Source: Trypethelium eluteriae
Taxonomy: Eukaryota
Direction: 5' to 3'
Length of the DNA: 38,335 nucleotides
NCBI GenBank assembly: GCA_051942245.1
Contig: JAVECL010000187.1
Location: 1-38,335 of the forward strand
Shown here: positions 1 through 11,235 of the stretch, piece by piece
Layout: each line of letters starts with the position of its first letter
Numbering within the stretch: position 1 is the stretch's first letter
Position numbers and translations under genes: made by a program
The notes under the pieces: model-generated
What the model was told of the DNA's origin: nothing
Seen by the model: the letters and a program-made list of their open reading frames with translations, nothing else
Databases searched by the model: none

Positions 1-1
1 G

Positions 2-103
2 CTGATTGAGTTTTGGGTGGATGGGAGGGGGACGGTTCCGGGGTTTTTGGCGGCGTGTACGCTGGATTTTTATGATAAGAGTACGCAGGCAGCGAGGATG
101 TAG
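2..103 (+). CDS. 3' end of a gene entering from the left edge (product unknown; C-terminus ...AARM* fits a peroxisomal PTS1-type tripeptide)
   Basis: Open frame 2-103 reads LIEFWVDGRGTVPGFLAACTLDFYDKSTQAARM-TAG, followed by UTR-like sequence. Too short to assign a family. Confidence 0.4.
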   Translation: MIEFWVDGRGTVPGFLAACTLDFYDKSTQAARM

Positions 104-1045
104 CTGGATTGGGGTTTATGGGATAGTTGGGAGGGATTTGGATGTGCATGCAGTTTATGAATTGATGGGGGAAACATGAACGGGTGGAGAAAGTGATCTG
201 ATTCGACCATACGCAAAGGTCTGCGTTGACACTATCATCTTGACATTTCAATACTTTATCAACTTGCATTGAGCAACTTTAAGTGATGTCACTTGAGTCG
301 TTTTTGTAGCTGTGCATGGCAGAATTGACGTAGGTACGCATCTTCTGCAGACCACTGCGATCACTTACCCCATGTTGCGGTTGTGGGATTCACGTGGCGC
401 CGTAGCCTGATGGGAGATCGGAGCACGAAAGATATCTCGGATGAGAACAACCTGAATCCACAAGAAATTGACATATTCAGATAGTCAGAAAGTTGCTTCG
501 AAGACCATACTTCGACATCAAGTCATGTGATGTCATATTGAAGGTCATCTGACGTGGACGCTGTGATGCTTGTCTCTCACCCTACCGGTTATCCGAAACC
601 ACCATTTCGCCCTTCGTACGGCGGCGCAAGAGAACCTTTTGCCGTAGAAAATTTAAGTTTGAATGAGATGAAAAGGTATGAGAAAATAGAAAACGAGAAG
701 CATGTTGAAGTTAATGATGGTCGCCATGTGAGAGCCAATCTTGCTTCAGTCACGCCGCTCGTCACATCAGCTTACTACAATCATCACTGAAAATGTCAGC
801 AAGCCCCGAAAAGTGAGTGGACTCGTGAACAATGGATTAGCGTGGTTGGTATTGATTCTGAGGGTCTATACAAATTGCGTCATATTTGGTTGCGCCGTCG
901 CGGTGGGCAGAGACCGACCTGACAGTGCGACTCCCTGCCAACATTGTGTCCTCCTCACCACGGCCTTTTGTGCCTCATGCCCTTGAGGCTCCTTCAGTCT
1001 GCATATCTCTCTTGATTGACGCATGCAGCCTGATCTTTTGTGCAT

Positions 1046-2285
1046 ATGAGCACATATAGCCTATATAGCAGGCTCTTTGTTTCGAAATCATGCAAATTTG
1101 CTCTTCTTGAAAGGCCAAATTGGTGGGCTAGAATTTATCGGCCAAGTTCCTTCTCCCAAAGCCCATGGATTCTTCTCCCGAGTAGAGCCTCCTCATCTTC
1201 GACCCGATGGAAGACTCGCCAATTCCGCGACCGCTTTGCCAAAGAAGCTCGGGTTCAGGGTCTGAAAAGTCGCGCCGCATTCAAGCTGCTGGAATTGAAT
1301 GAAAAGCACCGGCTCTTTAGAAAAGGAAATACAGTCGTGGACCTGGTGAGCGCGATACGTGGACCGCGACCTTGCCCACCATGTCTCTTTTGCCGTAGCT
1401 TACTATCTACAGGGGTATGCCCCGGGTTCGTGGTCCCAAGTTGCCATCTCTCGCGTAAGTCCAGGGGGTCGCGTGGTGGGTATCGATATCATTCCTGCGC
1501 AGCCGCCCCGTGGAGTCTCAACGATACAAGGGAATTTCCTGAGTGAAGAGGTTCAAGCCGAGGTTAGGAACTATGTGAGAGATCAGAATTTGGGCCGATC
1601 GCGGTGGAACCGGCAGTTCGTTGAGCAGGAAGAGGAAGAAGAGGGCGGTGAGGAAGTTATTGAGGACACAAATTATCTCGAACGGCAGAGTAGTTCTGGG
1701 ACGGGAGTGAAGAATGAAATCGAGGATATGGGGTTCGGCGGAGAAGAGGCGGCAGTGGCAACAGAGAAGATGAGCCAGAAGGAGAGAGATGAACGGGATG
1801 GGCGTGTGGTAGATGTGGTGTTGAGTGACATGTCAGCACCCTGGGAGCAGACCAGTGGTTTTTACATCAGAAGTCTTACTGAACCGTATTCTAGGATGAT
1901 GAATACAAGTGGAGTGCCGTTCAGAGATCATGCAGGGAGTATGGTATGTTTTCGCTCATTGCAGACTGAGAGGACCACCTTGACTAAGAATAGCTCTAGG
2001 ACCTCTGCATGGCAGCGTTGCAGTTCTGCTATGACACGCTACAGGCAGGAGGCCACTTCGTGTGCAAGTTTTACCAAGGCGCAGAAGATAAGGCCCTGGA
2101 GAAAAGACTGAAGCGTTTATTCACAAAAGTACACAGAGATAAGCCTGAATCATCACGCAGCGTAAGTTTGCAGCGAAATAATGGCACAGTCAGATCTAAA
2201 CCCGAGGCAGGAATCCAAGGAAGCATACTTCGTAGCCTTGAAGCGCAAACCCGATGCAACACCAGAAGAAGTGTTCGCGGACTGA
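1046..2285 (+). CDS. MRM2: FtsJ/RlmE-family 2'-O-ribose rRNA methyltransferase, mitochondrial (Mrm2-like); 4 exons
   Basis: Exons 1046-1345, 1413-1943, 2000-2161, 2211-2285 (introns GTGAGC..CAG, GTATGT..TAG, GTAAGT..CAG). Spliced motifs: RWKTRQFRDRF, KSRAAFKLLEL, VVDL/GYAPGSWSQ, VVLSDMSAP, GGHFVCKFYQG, KPESSRS/ESKEAYFV. The N-terminus is R/S-rich, like a mitochondrial presequence. Confidence 0.9.
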
Positions 2286-2387
2286 AACCTAGCGACCCAG
2301 GAAGCAGAACTCCAGACGATCTTAGACAGATCATGCAGATATAGCAAAACCCAACAAACGCCATTGAGCTCATTCGAAGTACTCTTC

Positions 2388-4348
2388 TCATCTCCCCGTT
2401 GCAGTCTTCCTGTCCTTTTTCAAAGGCGAAAACTGAAAGCCCTCATCCGTTGTGATCAACCCTCCTCCTTTTGCCCCTAGCTTCGCCTTCTTTGCCGCAA
2501 TCGCCCCGAGTGCCCTCTGCCCCCCGAAGAATAACCCTCGCCCAATACTCGCCTTTGGCGCCCCCTCGTCCTCCTCCATATCGAATATCGTAGTCCCCAG
2601 TCCAGAGGAACCCAGCAGCCTCTTTTTCTTCTTCTTCTCGGGTGCCGGCTCCTCATTGAAAGTTGCAAACGAGGCCAATGACTTCCGGACAGGGGCGGGT
2701 TTCGGTACTAGAGGAGCTTTGGCTTTGGACTTCTCCATAGCCTTAGGCTTCTCCACAGCCCTGGGCTTCTCCATAGGATTGGGCTTGTCGATAGATTTCG
2801 ACGCGGGTTTCACGGGATTGCCGTCATCCTCGGGCCCTTCTTCTTCCGTGACGGCTTCGAGGCTGGGTACGGACGACTTCTTGCGGGCGGGCACGGTTTT
2901 GGGATTTGCTTTGCTAGGGGCAGGTGCAAGCGGTTTTGACTTTGAAGGGGCAGATTTCTTGGTCGCAGCTTTAGGGGCCGCGGAGGGTGTTTTGGCTCCA
3001 TCGTCTTCATCGTCAGAAGCATTGTCTGCAAGTGGTTTGGCGGTGGCATTTTCATCGTCAGGACTTTGTGGGGCTAGACTTGTACGATTGAGAAAGGGAG
3101 TGATTGAAAAGGTTGACTTGTCTCCCACGATACTGGCCCCTCGTTTCGTTCGCTTGGCGGGTACCCCATCTCCAGGCGTTCCGATCGTTGCATCAGGATC
3201 TTCAGATACTGCATTACGTTTTCGCGGGTTCTTGGCAGGTTTGGCCGCGTGGTTTGCAGCAGCAGCAGCTTGCGCCTTTGCTAACTCAGCTTCCGTATCC
3301 TTTAGCTTCTCTTTCGTCGAACTCAGCTTGGTCCGGAATTGCTTCAACTTGTCGTCCAGTATTGCCTTTCGAGCCTCTAGTTCTGTCTGCGCCTTTTGCG
3401 CGGCCTTGGCATCCTTTTCACGCTCCTTCTTCTCCTCTTCTAGCTGGTCCCGAAGCTCCTCGACCCTGAATTCTTGCTGCTCGTTCTTCTTGTTGGCCTT
3501 CGCATCCTTGGCTTGTGCGCGCTCGGCTTTGCGTCTTTCGCTTTCAACATCTTCCAGAGCATCTTGAAGGAACTTTTCAGCCTTTTCACGTTCTCGCCTC
3601 TCCTTTGATAACTCCTTGCGCAGATCTTCGAGTTGGGTTTCCAATACGACATCACGCGCATTGCTCTTCCTGCCCTTCTCAAGCACTCGTTGAGCTGATC
3701 GCTTCTCGTTTTCTAGCTCAACTTGTATCGTGCTCAGTTGTCTCTGTAGCGACAGCTTCTCGGCGAGTAGCTCTTGGTAAGAAGAAGCTTGCGCTCGAAG
3801 GTGCTCGAGTTCCGGTCTGAGGGTAGAGACTTCCCGCGATAATGCAAGCTTCTCTTTCAAGACCTTATTAGAGTCTGTAGAAGCGGTTTGCATGGCCGTG
3901 AGCTCTGCCTAGAGAACGTATCAAAATGTAAATAGTCCAAGAATTTTCCTTCCTTTTCACTTACCCTTGCGGTCTCCACCTCTCTGCTCTTCAATCGCAT
4001 CTCTCCTGTAAGGCGCTGGACATCTGCTAGAGCCTCGTCTTCGCGCAGTTGTGCTTCACTAACGTCCTTTTCCAGCGTATCGCCGCGGTCTTCTTCCGTT
4101 GTCAATTGGTCATGGAGGTCATCATTCTCGTCCTCAAGTAACAGCAACTGAAACCGTAGTTTTCGGATATCTTCATCTTTCTCAAGAAGTTCAACTAGAC
4201 GGTTGCTCTGCTCATATTTCAATTCCAGTGCTGCGGAATGTAATGACTGGTATCGAACAATGATTAATTCAGGGAATGGAATTTAACTGGCTTTACGACT
4301 TACCTTGGGCAACTCTATTGTGGTATTTCTAGGTACTGTAAGTGCCAT
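2388..4348 (-). CDS. Long coiled-coil protein with low-complexity K/P/A-rich C-terminal half, basic NLS-like tract and terminal FSPLKK motif; 3 exons
   Basis: Exons 4348-4304, 4246-3965, 3908-2388 join in frame through GTAAGT..CAG and GTAAGT..TAG introns. The N-terminal half is E/K/L heptad-rich. Motifs: GDKSTFSITPFLNRT, KKKKKRLLG, FQFSPLKKDRK. Confidence 0.8.
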
Positions 4349-4567
4349 GATGTCCAAAATGCGTCAAAAATCAGTGCGCTGTCATTAGGAATAAATGATC
4401 GAGGGTCGTGAGGTGGTGGACGCGCCGTTGTGGTGGTGTAAACACACGGGAGCTTGGGCCAACCGGAAAGACTCCGGCTAATACTTGTAAAGGACAGCAT
4501 CCCGAATTGTACTTGTATCGTAGACTGGCACTTCGATATTTGTTCTGGAGACCACCACGCATTCAAA
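4349..4567. promoter_or_regulatory. Compact bidirectional promoter region between the coiled-coil gene and OST3
   Basis: Divergent ATGs only 219 bp apart. One ACGCGT-like element (ACGCGC near 4420) is present; its function is not established. Confidence 0.5.
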
Positions 4568-5737
4568 ATGAGATTCTTCCAGACTCTGACGGCTCTCCTG
4601 CTGCCTGTTGCTGCTCTTGGAGCAAAGAAATCTACCGGCGATAGGTTCAAGGAAAACTTCGGCAAACAGATATCATCGGCACCGCTCAAGCTCGACGATG
4701 ATCTCTACAAACAATTAACGACCGCACCCCGAGACTATTCGGTAGCTGTACTTCTGACAGCATTGGAAGCGAGATTTGGGTGTCAGTTGTGTCGAGATTT
4801 TCAACCAGAATGGGAGATTCTGGCAAGAAGCTGGACCAAGGGGGATAAGAAAGGCGATTCCAGACTACTCTTTGGCACTTTGGATTTTAATGACGGAAAG
4901 GCAACCTTTCAATCGGTCCGTTCAACATCAATGAGATATCATGTGAGAAGATTTCTGACCGAAGCACCAGTTGATGCTCCAAACCGCTCCCGTCCTCCTC
5001 TTGTTCCAACCGACCACAGGTCCCAACGCCAAAGCTGATGCTCAACCTGTGCGATTTGACTTCAACACTGGGTGAGCACCCCCAATTCCCTTCAAATTCA
5101 CAAATAGTTTCTTATCATACGAATCTGCACCGTAGGGTCAGCGACGCCCACCCTATCCACTCCTGGATCGCGCGCCACCTCCCAGACGCACCACATCCAC
5201 CCCTCGTTCGCCCCATAAACTATACGCGCATTGTCGTAGTCACGACCTCTGTCCTCGGTATCATTACCTTCGCCTCGGTCGCCTGGCCGTACGTGATGCC
5301 CGTTGCACAGAACCGTAATCTGTGGGCCGCGCTTAGTCTCATCGCCGTGCTACTCTTCACCTCGGGCCACATGTTCAATCATATCCGGAAGGTGCCATAT
5401 GTAGCAGCTGATGGCAGAGGTGGGATTACGTATTTCGCGGGAGGCTTTCAAAATCAATTTGGGATGGAGACTCAATTGGTTGGGGCCATGTGTAAGTGAT
5501 TGCGTGGTTTTCACTGATCTTAGGGTCTTGCCTTTGGTGCTAATGAATCGGCTAGATGGTGTCCTAGCTTTCGCGACTATTTCCTTGGCGCTGAGAGTTC
5601 CACGGATGACGAACCCACAGACACAGGCTGTCGCTGTTGCAGTGTGGGGTGGCGTGATGTTCGGGATGTACAGTTTCTTGTTGAGTGTGTTCAGGATCAA
5701 GAACGGTGGATATCCATTCTACCTTCCACCATTCTAG
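4568..5737 (+). CDS. OST3: Oligosaccharyltransferase OST3/OST6 family subunit; 4 exons
   Basis: Exons 4568-4915, 4971-5071, 5136-5491, 5556-5737. Signal peptide MRFFQTLTALLLPVAALG, thioredoxin-like CQLC, LFTSGHMFNHIR, four hydrophobic segments, terminal FRIKNGGYPF. OST3 versus OST6 orthology cannot be resolved by eye. Confidence 0.9.
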
Positions 5738-6608
5738 ATTAAGCAGTGGAAAGTTTGAGCAGTCGTAGAAGTTCTTTAGCCACATAAGAAAAGAATCGCT
5801 TGTACATTAGATTGCAAAAAAGAGTCTGACATATCGTAGAGGCCTCAATTTTAGCCTTTTCATCGAAAAGTGTGTATCCGTGGCGATTCCAACAGTCAAG
5901 GAAGCGCATTCGAGACAAAGAGTAGGTGGACTAAGCTGTTGCATTAGCTTGATTGCTTGCCAGTAGACACTCTTTTGCTCTGGCACGTCAGAGGTGGGCA
6001 AGACCGTGATCACATCTCTTATTATTTACTTTATTGTTCAGATATGCTTACATTGTGTGCTGTATGATATATGGCATTACCCTTCTAAAGTAAGCTTCCT
6101 CCAGCACCGCAGGCACGACCGCTACCGAGACACGTTCTTCAGACTTGGAGTGATCATAGGCCTGGGTCTGGGCTTGATCTCATCACTTCAATATGGCAAT
6201 ATTGCTGGATTTAGAATATATACACCGAAATGCATAAGAGTAAGTCGCCACGACTGGAGAAGGCTTTCGCTAGCAACAAAGAAGCACACCCAGAGAGCGC
6301 GTCAAGTATATGCATAGAAATAGTAACGTCCACGCCAGCGATTTTGACACACGGACTAACAGCATATAACAGGTGCGACCATCCGACAGCTTCTGCAAGC
6401 ATTCGTTGCAACCCTCGAGCACTATTCTGGATGGCGTTGCCATTCCGGCTCACCCACCAAATGCTTACCGCAGTTCTTGGAGACATGTGTCTGTAACACG
6501 TATAGCGATCATCATTAGAGTATGCGATGTGCAGAAGATTGTCGTCGAGGTATCAAAATAGCTACTGTTTCTACGATACTGACTATTGAACTTGAATACA
6601 TCGGAGTC

Positions 6609-9078
6609 TTAGAATTTGGCACACAAAGTCTCCGCAACCTCTGCAAGGAGATTGATCTTTTCGCCCTCGTAATTCTTTGCCACCTCTACCTTTTTACCAA
6701 ATACGTCCCATACCGTCAGGTACTTATTCTTCGTCACCCCAATCTGGATGAGTGCATCCTTCATTTTCTCATGCTGTTTCAACGCTTCAAAGTGTTCTTG
6801 AGCCTTCTGCTCTTTCTGCTGTCCTTTGCCTCGGGCACAAACAATTCTTATCTGGGCACGGCTGTATCTCGGTCAACGTGATTGGCTTCTTGCCCCATAA
6901 TGGGGTAATGGACATTGATCTCGACATGTCGAGGGCGCCCCATCATCTGTTGCGTCCCCTTGACTTTTCTTTGGGTGCTGGTCTTATTACCCTCTTTAAT
7001 CGCTTCTTCAATGCCTCCTTGGATTGACATGCTCTCCCGTTTCATCTGCACCCCTATGCGGCGTTTGAATTCGGCCACATTGGTTTTGACTCGCCTAAAT
7101 TGCTCAAGCCCCTTCGATCGAAGATTAGCAAGGCTCTTCTTTTGGAAGAAAGATAGGGAACGACTGGTGACAACATACCTGCTCAACGTACAACTCAATC
7201 TTCCTAAGCTGTGTGAGCTTGGGTAATCCGTCTTCCTCACTCCAGCCACGAAGTACAGCATTATTCCCGCTCCAGTGCAAATGAATTTCTGTCGCTTTGG
7301 GGGCTGCGTTGTAAATGACTTCAGGGCATAGGTCGATCTTCTTCCAATCCCAAATCTCTACATTCTTGCCTCTGAGCGCATCTTCAATGGCCTCATCGCT
7401 GTGGGCTGGTGGCTTCAAATCATCGACGGTCACTTTCAAAATGGTGTTCACGCCCTTGAGCGACTCGAACACCTTCACCAAATCTCCACGGCCATTGCCA
7501 TTCGACTGAATCATCTGTCCGGTGGATTTTGAAGCGTTTCTGATCAAGCTGTTTTCATCAGCCCTCATCCTAGGTATCTTAACATACTGTAAGATGTCCT
7601 CGAACTTTAGGATAGATATTGCCTTAGAGGCTCCATCTTTCGTCGAATATCCACTAAGATCGAGAAATGTAGCTTTATTTGAATGACCTTGATGCAAGAT
7701 GAACGTGCTTTGATGTTACCAAATTTGAGGAGAACGCTTACCTGAATTAGGATACCGTCCATACAGTATCTCTAAAGCGGCGTCATGATCCCTGGTTCGA
7801 AGATAATGAAGCTTGAGAAAGTCCCTAATCTTCTTCAGCGTGGGGCTTTGGTTGCCATTCTTTGGTTCCTTTTCTGCGTCTTTTGCAGGCACACCTGCCT
7901 TACATCGTGTTTTATTCTCATCCACACCCTCCACAGTGGGGGAGTTAGGTAGTGGTTCATTAGTGGGATGACTGACGGCTGTTAATCTTTGCTGTCCCTT
8001 GCCAGATAGTTCAGACCTCGCAGAAAGGGTCTGCTTCATAGACAATGTCTGTTTCTTGTTCTGTACAGACTCGTTCAGCTGACTTTCGTATCGATGAGGT
8101 AGCTTGCTAAGGGGAGTGGCCCTCCTCTGTTATTGCCGCACCAGAGAATTTCACATATTCAGCATATATCCCACCCTGTACTTTCTGGCCATCTGTTTGA
8201 GGATGTGTACTGTTGTTGGCCTTGTTTTCTTCTCTCGGCTTCTTGATTGCCACATCCATCTTAGCTTTCTCCATGTCGATTCCCTGCTCGCAAGTATAGA
8301 GGTGATGAAGGTATGGAGACCGAGAGGCGGCATTGAAATCTTTGCCGGTGTCACGCATATGATCGTCGCACTTTTCAACGATAGCCTCAATCAGTTCCAG
8401 CTGCTTCTCATCGCATCTTTGACACTCGACTGCGAGGTGGAGTGGTGTGTTGTCGTCAAAGTCTTTCGCGCTCAGTGTATCGGGCGATGCAAGCCCAATA
8501 AGATAATCAACCATTTTGCTACGCTTCTCAATCGCCACGTGAAGGCAATTTTTCTTCTTTTGACTCTTCATAGAAAGAATTTTGTCTATTTCCGCGTCTG
8601 CTTCGCACATCCATTTCACCATCTTGGTTTTGTTCTTTAGAATCGCGTGATGCAGTGGTGTATAATTTTGACCGTCGTCTTTCTTGGCCAAGAGGCGTTC
8701 TGGTCGTCTTACAAGAAACTTGATCAGTGGTTTCAAGAATCTCTCATCAGGAAGTTCGTCCTTCTTCGCAATTGCCAATATATGCAATGTCGTGGGCTCG
8801 TTCTCGTTTCTAGTCTTCATGGCAATACGATCCTTGACTTCTTGATCAAACTCTCCGAACCTTTTTCCACTGTGTTTCATCTCGTGCAGTACTTTCGTGA
8901 GCTGCTCTTCTACCGATGTCTCGACTTCTTGTGCCTCTTCATTGGTGTCATCTTTGTCACTATCTTCATCTTCACCTTCGTTGCTACTTGACGACGAGTC
9001 ATCGTCATACGCATCCTGCTGAGGGTTTCCTGGTATGAACTGAGATTCCCTTCCTAGAGATGCTTCCGACATACTCAT
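6609..9078 (-). pseudogene. Ankyrin-repeat / subtilisin (peptidase S8)-family gene with the catalytic domain apparently deleted and the C-terminal tail out of frame
   Basis: Acidic N-terminus and about 5 ankyrin motifs (TLHILA, TPLHHAI, NCLHVAI, TPLHLAV). There is an uncertain intron or frameshift near 8131-8185. Then blocks I recognise from fungal ANK-S8 'intracellular serine proteases': IRDFLKLHYLRTRDHDAALEILYG, HSDEAIE, WDWKKIDLCPEVI, WSGNNAVLRGWS, VEQ/GLE (introns near 7741-7688 and 7177-7111). The frame stops at TAA 6850-6848. A different frame (about 6860-6609) encodes AQIRIV...HFEALKQHEKMKDALIQIGVTKNKYLTVWDVFGKKV, which resembles the post-catalytic tail. No DDG/HGT/GSS motifs are seen between them. 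Confidence 0.7.
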
Positions 9079-9864
9079 TTTGTGTCAGGTTTGGGATTCA
9101 ATTACTAGATCAAGCTCTCAGCAATTTTTCTCCCAGAGTGGACATAACTAGAGGTGTTTTGTCCACGAGAACGTGACTCTGGTCTGATGTTTGCGCCGCA
9201 AGCATCCAGTATCGACGGAATGCATCTGGACGTGATTGAAGTCACAATGGCAACAAGTATGAGAAGGGATTGCATGGGTTAGCTGTAGAACGTAGCGGAG
9301 GCCATCTCAGGTAGCAGTCAGTATCAGCTTCCCTGTTAGACCCAGTCTAGAGTTGTACATCAGACAATCAGGTATGCAGATCCGTACCTTGGTCGGTAGT
9401 TGCTACCTGGTCACATTGTAATTCACACCCGTAATCTACGTCTTTGATCGCACGTATCCCGGGCAGATGCATAAGTCGGCAGCGGTTGTGGAAGTGATTG
9501 GTAGGATGAACCCAGGTGACGACGCGGAAGATAGGCAACAAATTTCGAGCATTGCGAGGCCATCGCGAAACAAGGAGCCTGATCTGCCGTGCTCTCAAAC
9601 ACTACTCAACCACCCAATGTTGAAAGGCAGTAGCATTGGGGTTCTTGGTCTGTGGTTGCTACCACCTCAATTGTACTAGCGCATACTGTACTTGATGTAG
9701 TTCCGCCGACGGTTCCTCCAGAACCTAGGCCTCACACCAATTAACCTCTAGTTCAGCTCACCTCAATTCCAACACTCAACTATCTCGCATCAGACTGCAT
9801 GGGGAGCCCACATTTCGTTCATGGTCACTATCTATTTCAAGAAAGTAGACGTGTGCAGCATCGT

Positions 9865-10827
9865 TCAACATGAGCCCTCACCGCGCTTTTTTGGTGAATT
9901 GCTCACGTGCGCCTTTATCACGACGTCAAAATTGGTCTGAAAGGTGATGTCGCAGATATCCTCGAGGTTTGTGGAGCCTAGATCGTCCAAATCGTATCCA
10001 TCGTGCAACTTTTTAGTCGGTGGTCGACTAGGGTCAAAAAGGACAGGATCGTCCTTGGCTCTGGAGCCAAAAAGTCGCGTTATCTCAGTCCTCCAGTCTG
10101 CGACAACCTTTATCTTCACCGTGGCTTGGAAAATGTTGTTATATTGCCGCTTCAAGAGAATGACGCTTCGAATAAATGAAGGTACCCCGGATTTGGTATC
10201 TTCATTCTCCCGAAGTATCCAGTTCACGCCGATCTGATCTCCGTACTGATTGCAGACGGTTTCACCAGTAAGTCGGGTGTCACACGGAATCGTCAAATCA
10301 ACCGTCTTCAGCCACTTGTAAGAGCCGCCGAGGCTTATACCCATTTGACCGGCGTCCGCTTTGACATTGCTTTCCTGCGTAAAGGTCTCTTTCCGCGCAG
10401 TAGGCAAGAGTGAACACCGCCCAGAAGGGGAAATGGCATGGATTTTTGGCCCAGGCATTCCGGGTACGAGACTACTGAACTCGAAAATGATGTTGGCCAG
10501 GGCGATGCGGCGAAAACGTTTCGTGGAATCGAAATGGAAGTCGTAGACGAGGAGGCTTGCAAAGTCTTCAGACTCAGGCCCAAGTTTTCCATGTACAATC
10601 TCGTGTGATTTGTAACGAATATCAATGCTGCTGCGGCGCTCAGTGACAGTTTCGCGCTGCCATGGTTCTTTGAGATTGTTGTTCGTATGATAGCCGCCCG
10701 TTTCTCCAGCTTTGTCCAGTTCAATGTCGAAAGACGTCTTCTCTAGATCCAAGTCATTGTCTTCCATGTGTGAAGATTCGCTTACAGCCCTTCTGACTTC
10801 ATTTGCTGACTTGTACGCGTCACTCAT
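9865..10827 (-). CDS. Intronless 320-aa conserved fungal hypothetical protein, predicted beta-rich (candidate pore-forming effector)
   Basis: Uninterrupted ATG-TGA ORF with protein-like composition. Alternating hydrophobic/polar strands: SLLVYDFHFD, ANIIFEF, GVNWILREN, GVPSFIRSVILLKR, FQATVKIKVVAD, DDPVLFDP. No signal peptide or TM helix. Confidence 0.8.
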   Translation of the reverse strand: MSDAYKSANEVRRAVSESSHMEDNDLDLEKTSFDIELDKAGETGGYHTNNNLKEPWQRETVTERRSSIDIRYKSHEIVHGKLGPESEDFASLLVYDFHFDSTKRFRRIALANIIFEFSSLVPGMPGPKIHAISPSGRCSLLPTARKETFTQESNVKADAGQMGISLGGSYKWLKTVDLTIPCDTRLTGETVCNQYGDQIGVNWILRENEDTKSGVPSFIRSVILLKRQYNNIFQATVKIKVVADWRTEITRLFGSRAKDDPVLFDPSRPPTKKLHDGYDLDDLGSTNLEDICDITFQTNFDVVIKAHVSNSPKKRGEGSC

Positions 10828-11235
10828 GATATGATCAAGCGACTGTCGTTTACCTTCCAGGTGAGTAAAGATGAATTGCTGTCAAGAAGCGGAAAGTCCG
10901 AAACAAGGCTTCAGACCCCGATTCTTAGCGATTGTGCGAGGAAACACCCGGCCTTGCGCCGCTCGAACTCACCTCAGCTGATCGTTCAGGGCAAAATTAC
11001 ACTGCATATATTGGATATCGGGAGGCGACAGATCACCGTACATCACCAATCCACCGTATCTCTGCACCTGCGATGTTAAGAAAAGTGACACAGCTGAACG
11101 GCTACCATCGACCTTCTGCATGAATCATGGGGGATCTTTACTTCTTGGAGTCTCCCAAGCCTTGACGGACACTGCTGTCGAAAGTAGGTTACCTTGAGGT
11201 CTCTTCATCCTCAGTGACACGAGAGACGCGTCACT

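Noticed and set aside
2720..2790. 18-nt degenerate tandem repeat (EKP(R/K)A units)
   Set aside because: Ordinary low-complexity expansion in a disordered coding region.
2452..3567. 371-aa plus-strand ORF
   Set aside because: Antisense shadow of the K/E/A-rich coiled-coil gene; its S/F/L/A-rich composition is what the reverse complement predicts.
5800..6600. Possible relocated S8 catalytic domain or other gene relic
   Set aside because: In the frames I read there are no DDG/HGT/GSS motifs, only short ORFs without recognisable similarity.
8107..8185. TAG at 8107 as a definite nonsense lesion in the ANK-S8 gene
   Set aside because: A plausible 55-nt intron (GTACAG..AACAG, about 8185-8131) would restore the frame; unresolved without RNA data.
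8104..8991. Hydrophobic plus-strand ORFs (178 and 114 aa) resembling membrane proteins
   Set aside because: Antisense to the K/E/D-rich ankyrin exon; the hydrophobicity is a mirror artefact.
9146..9753. 10-bp inverted repeat AACTAGAGGT / ACCTCTAGTT in the intergenic region
   Set aside because: Short, does not extend, no target-site duplication; compatible with chance.
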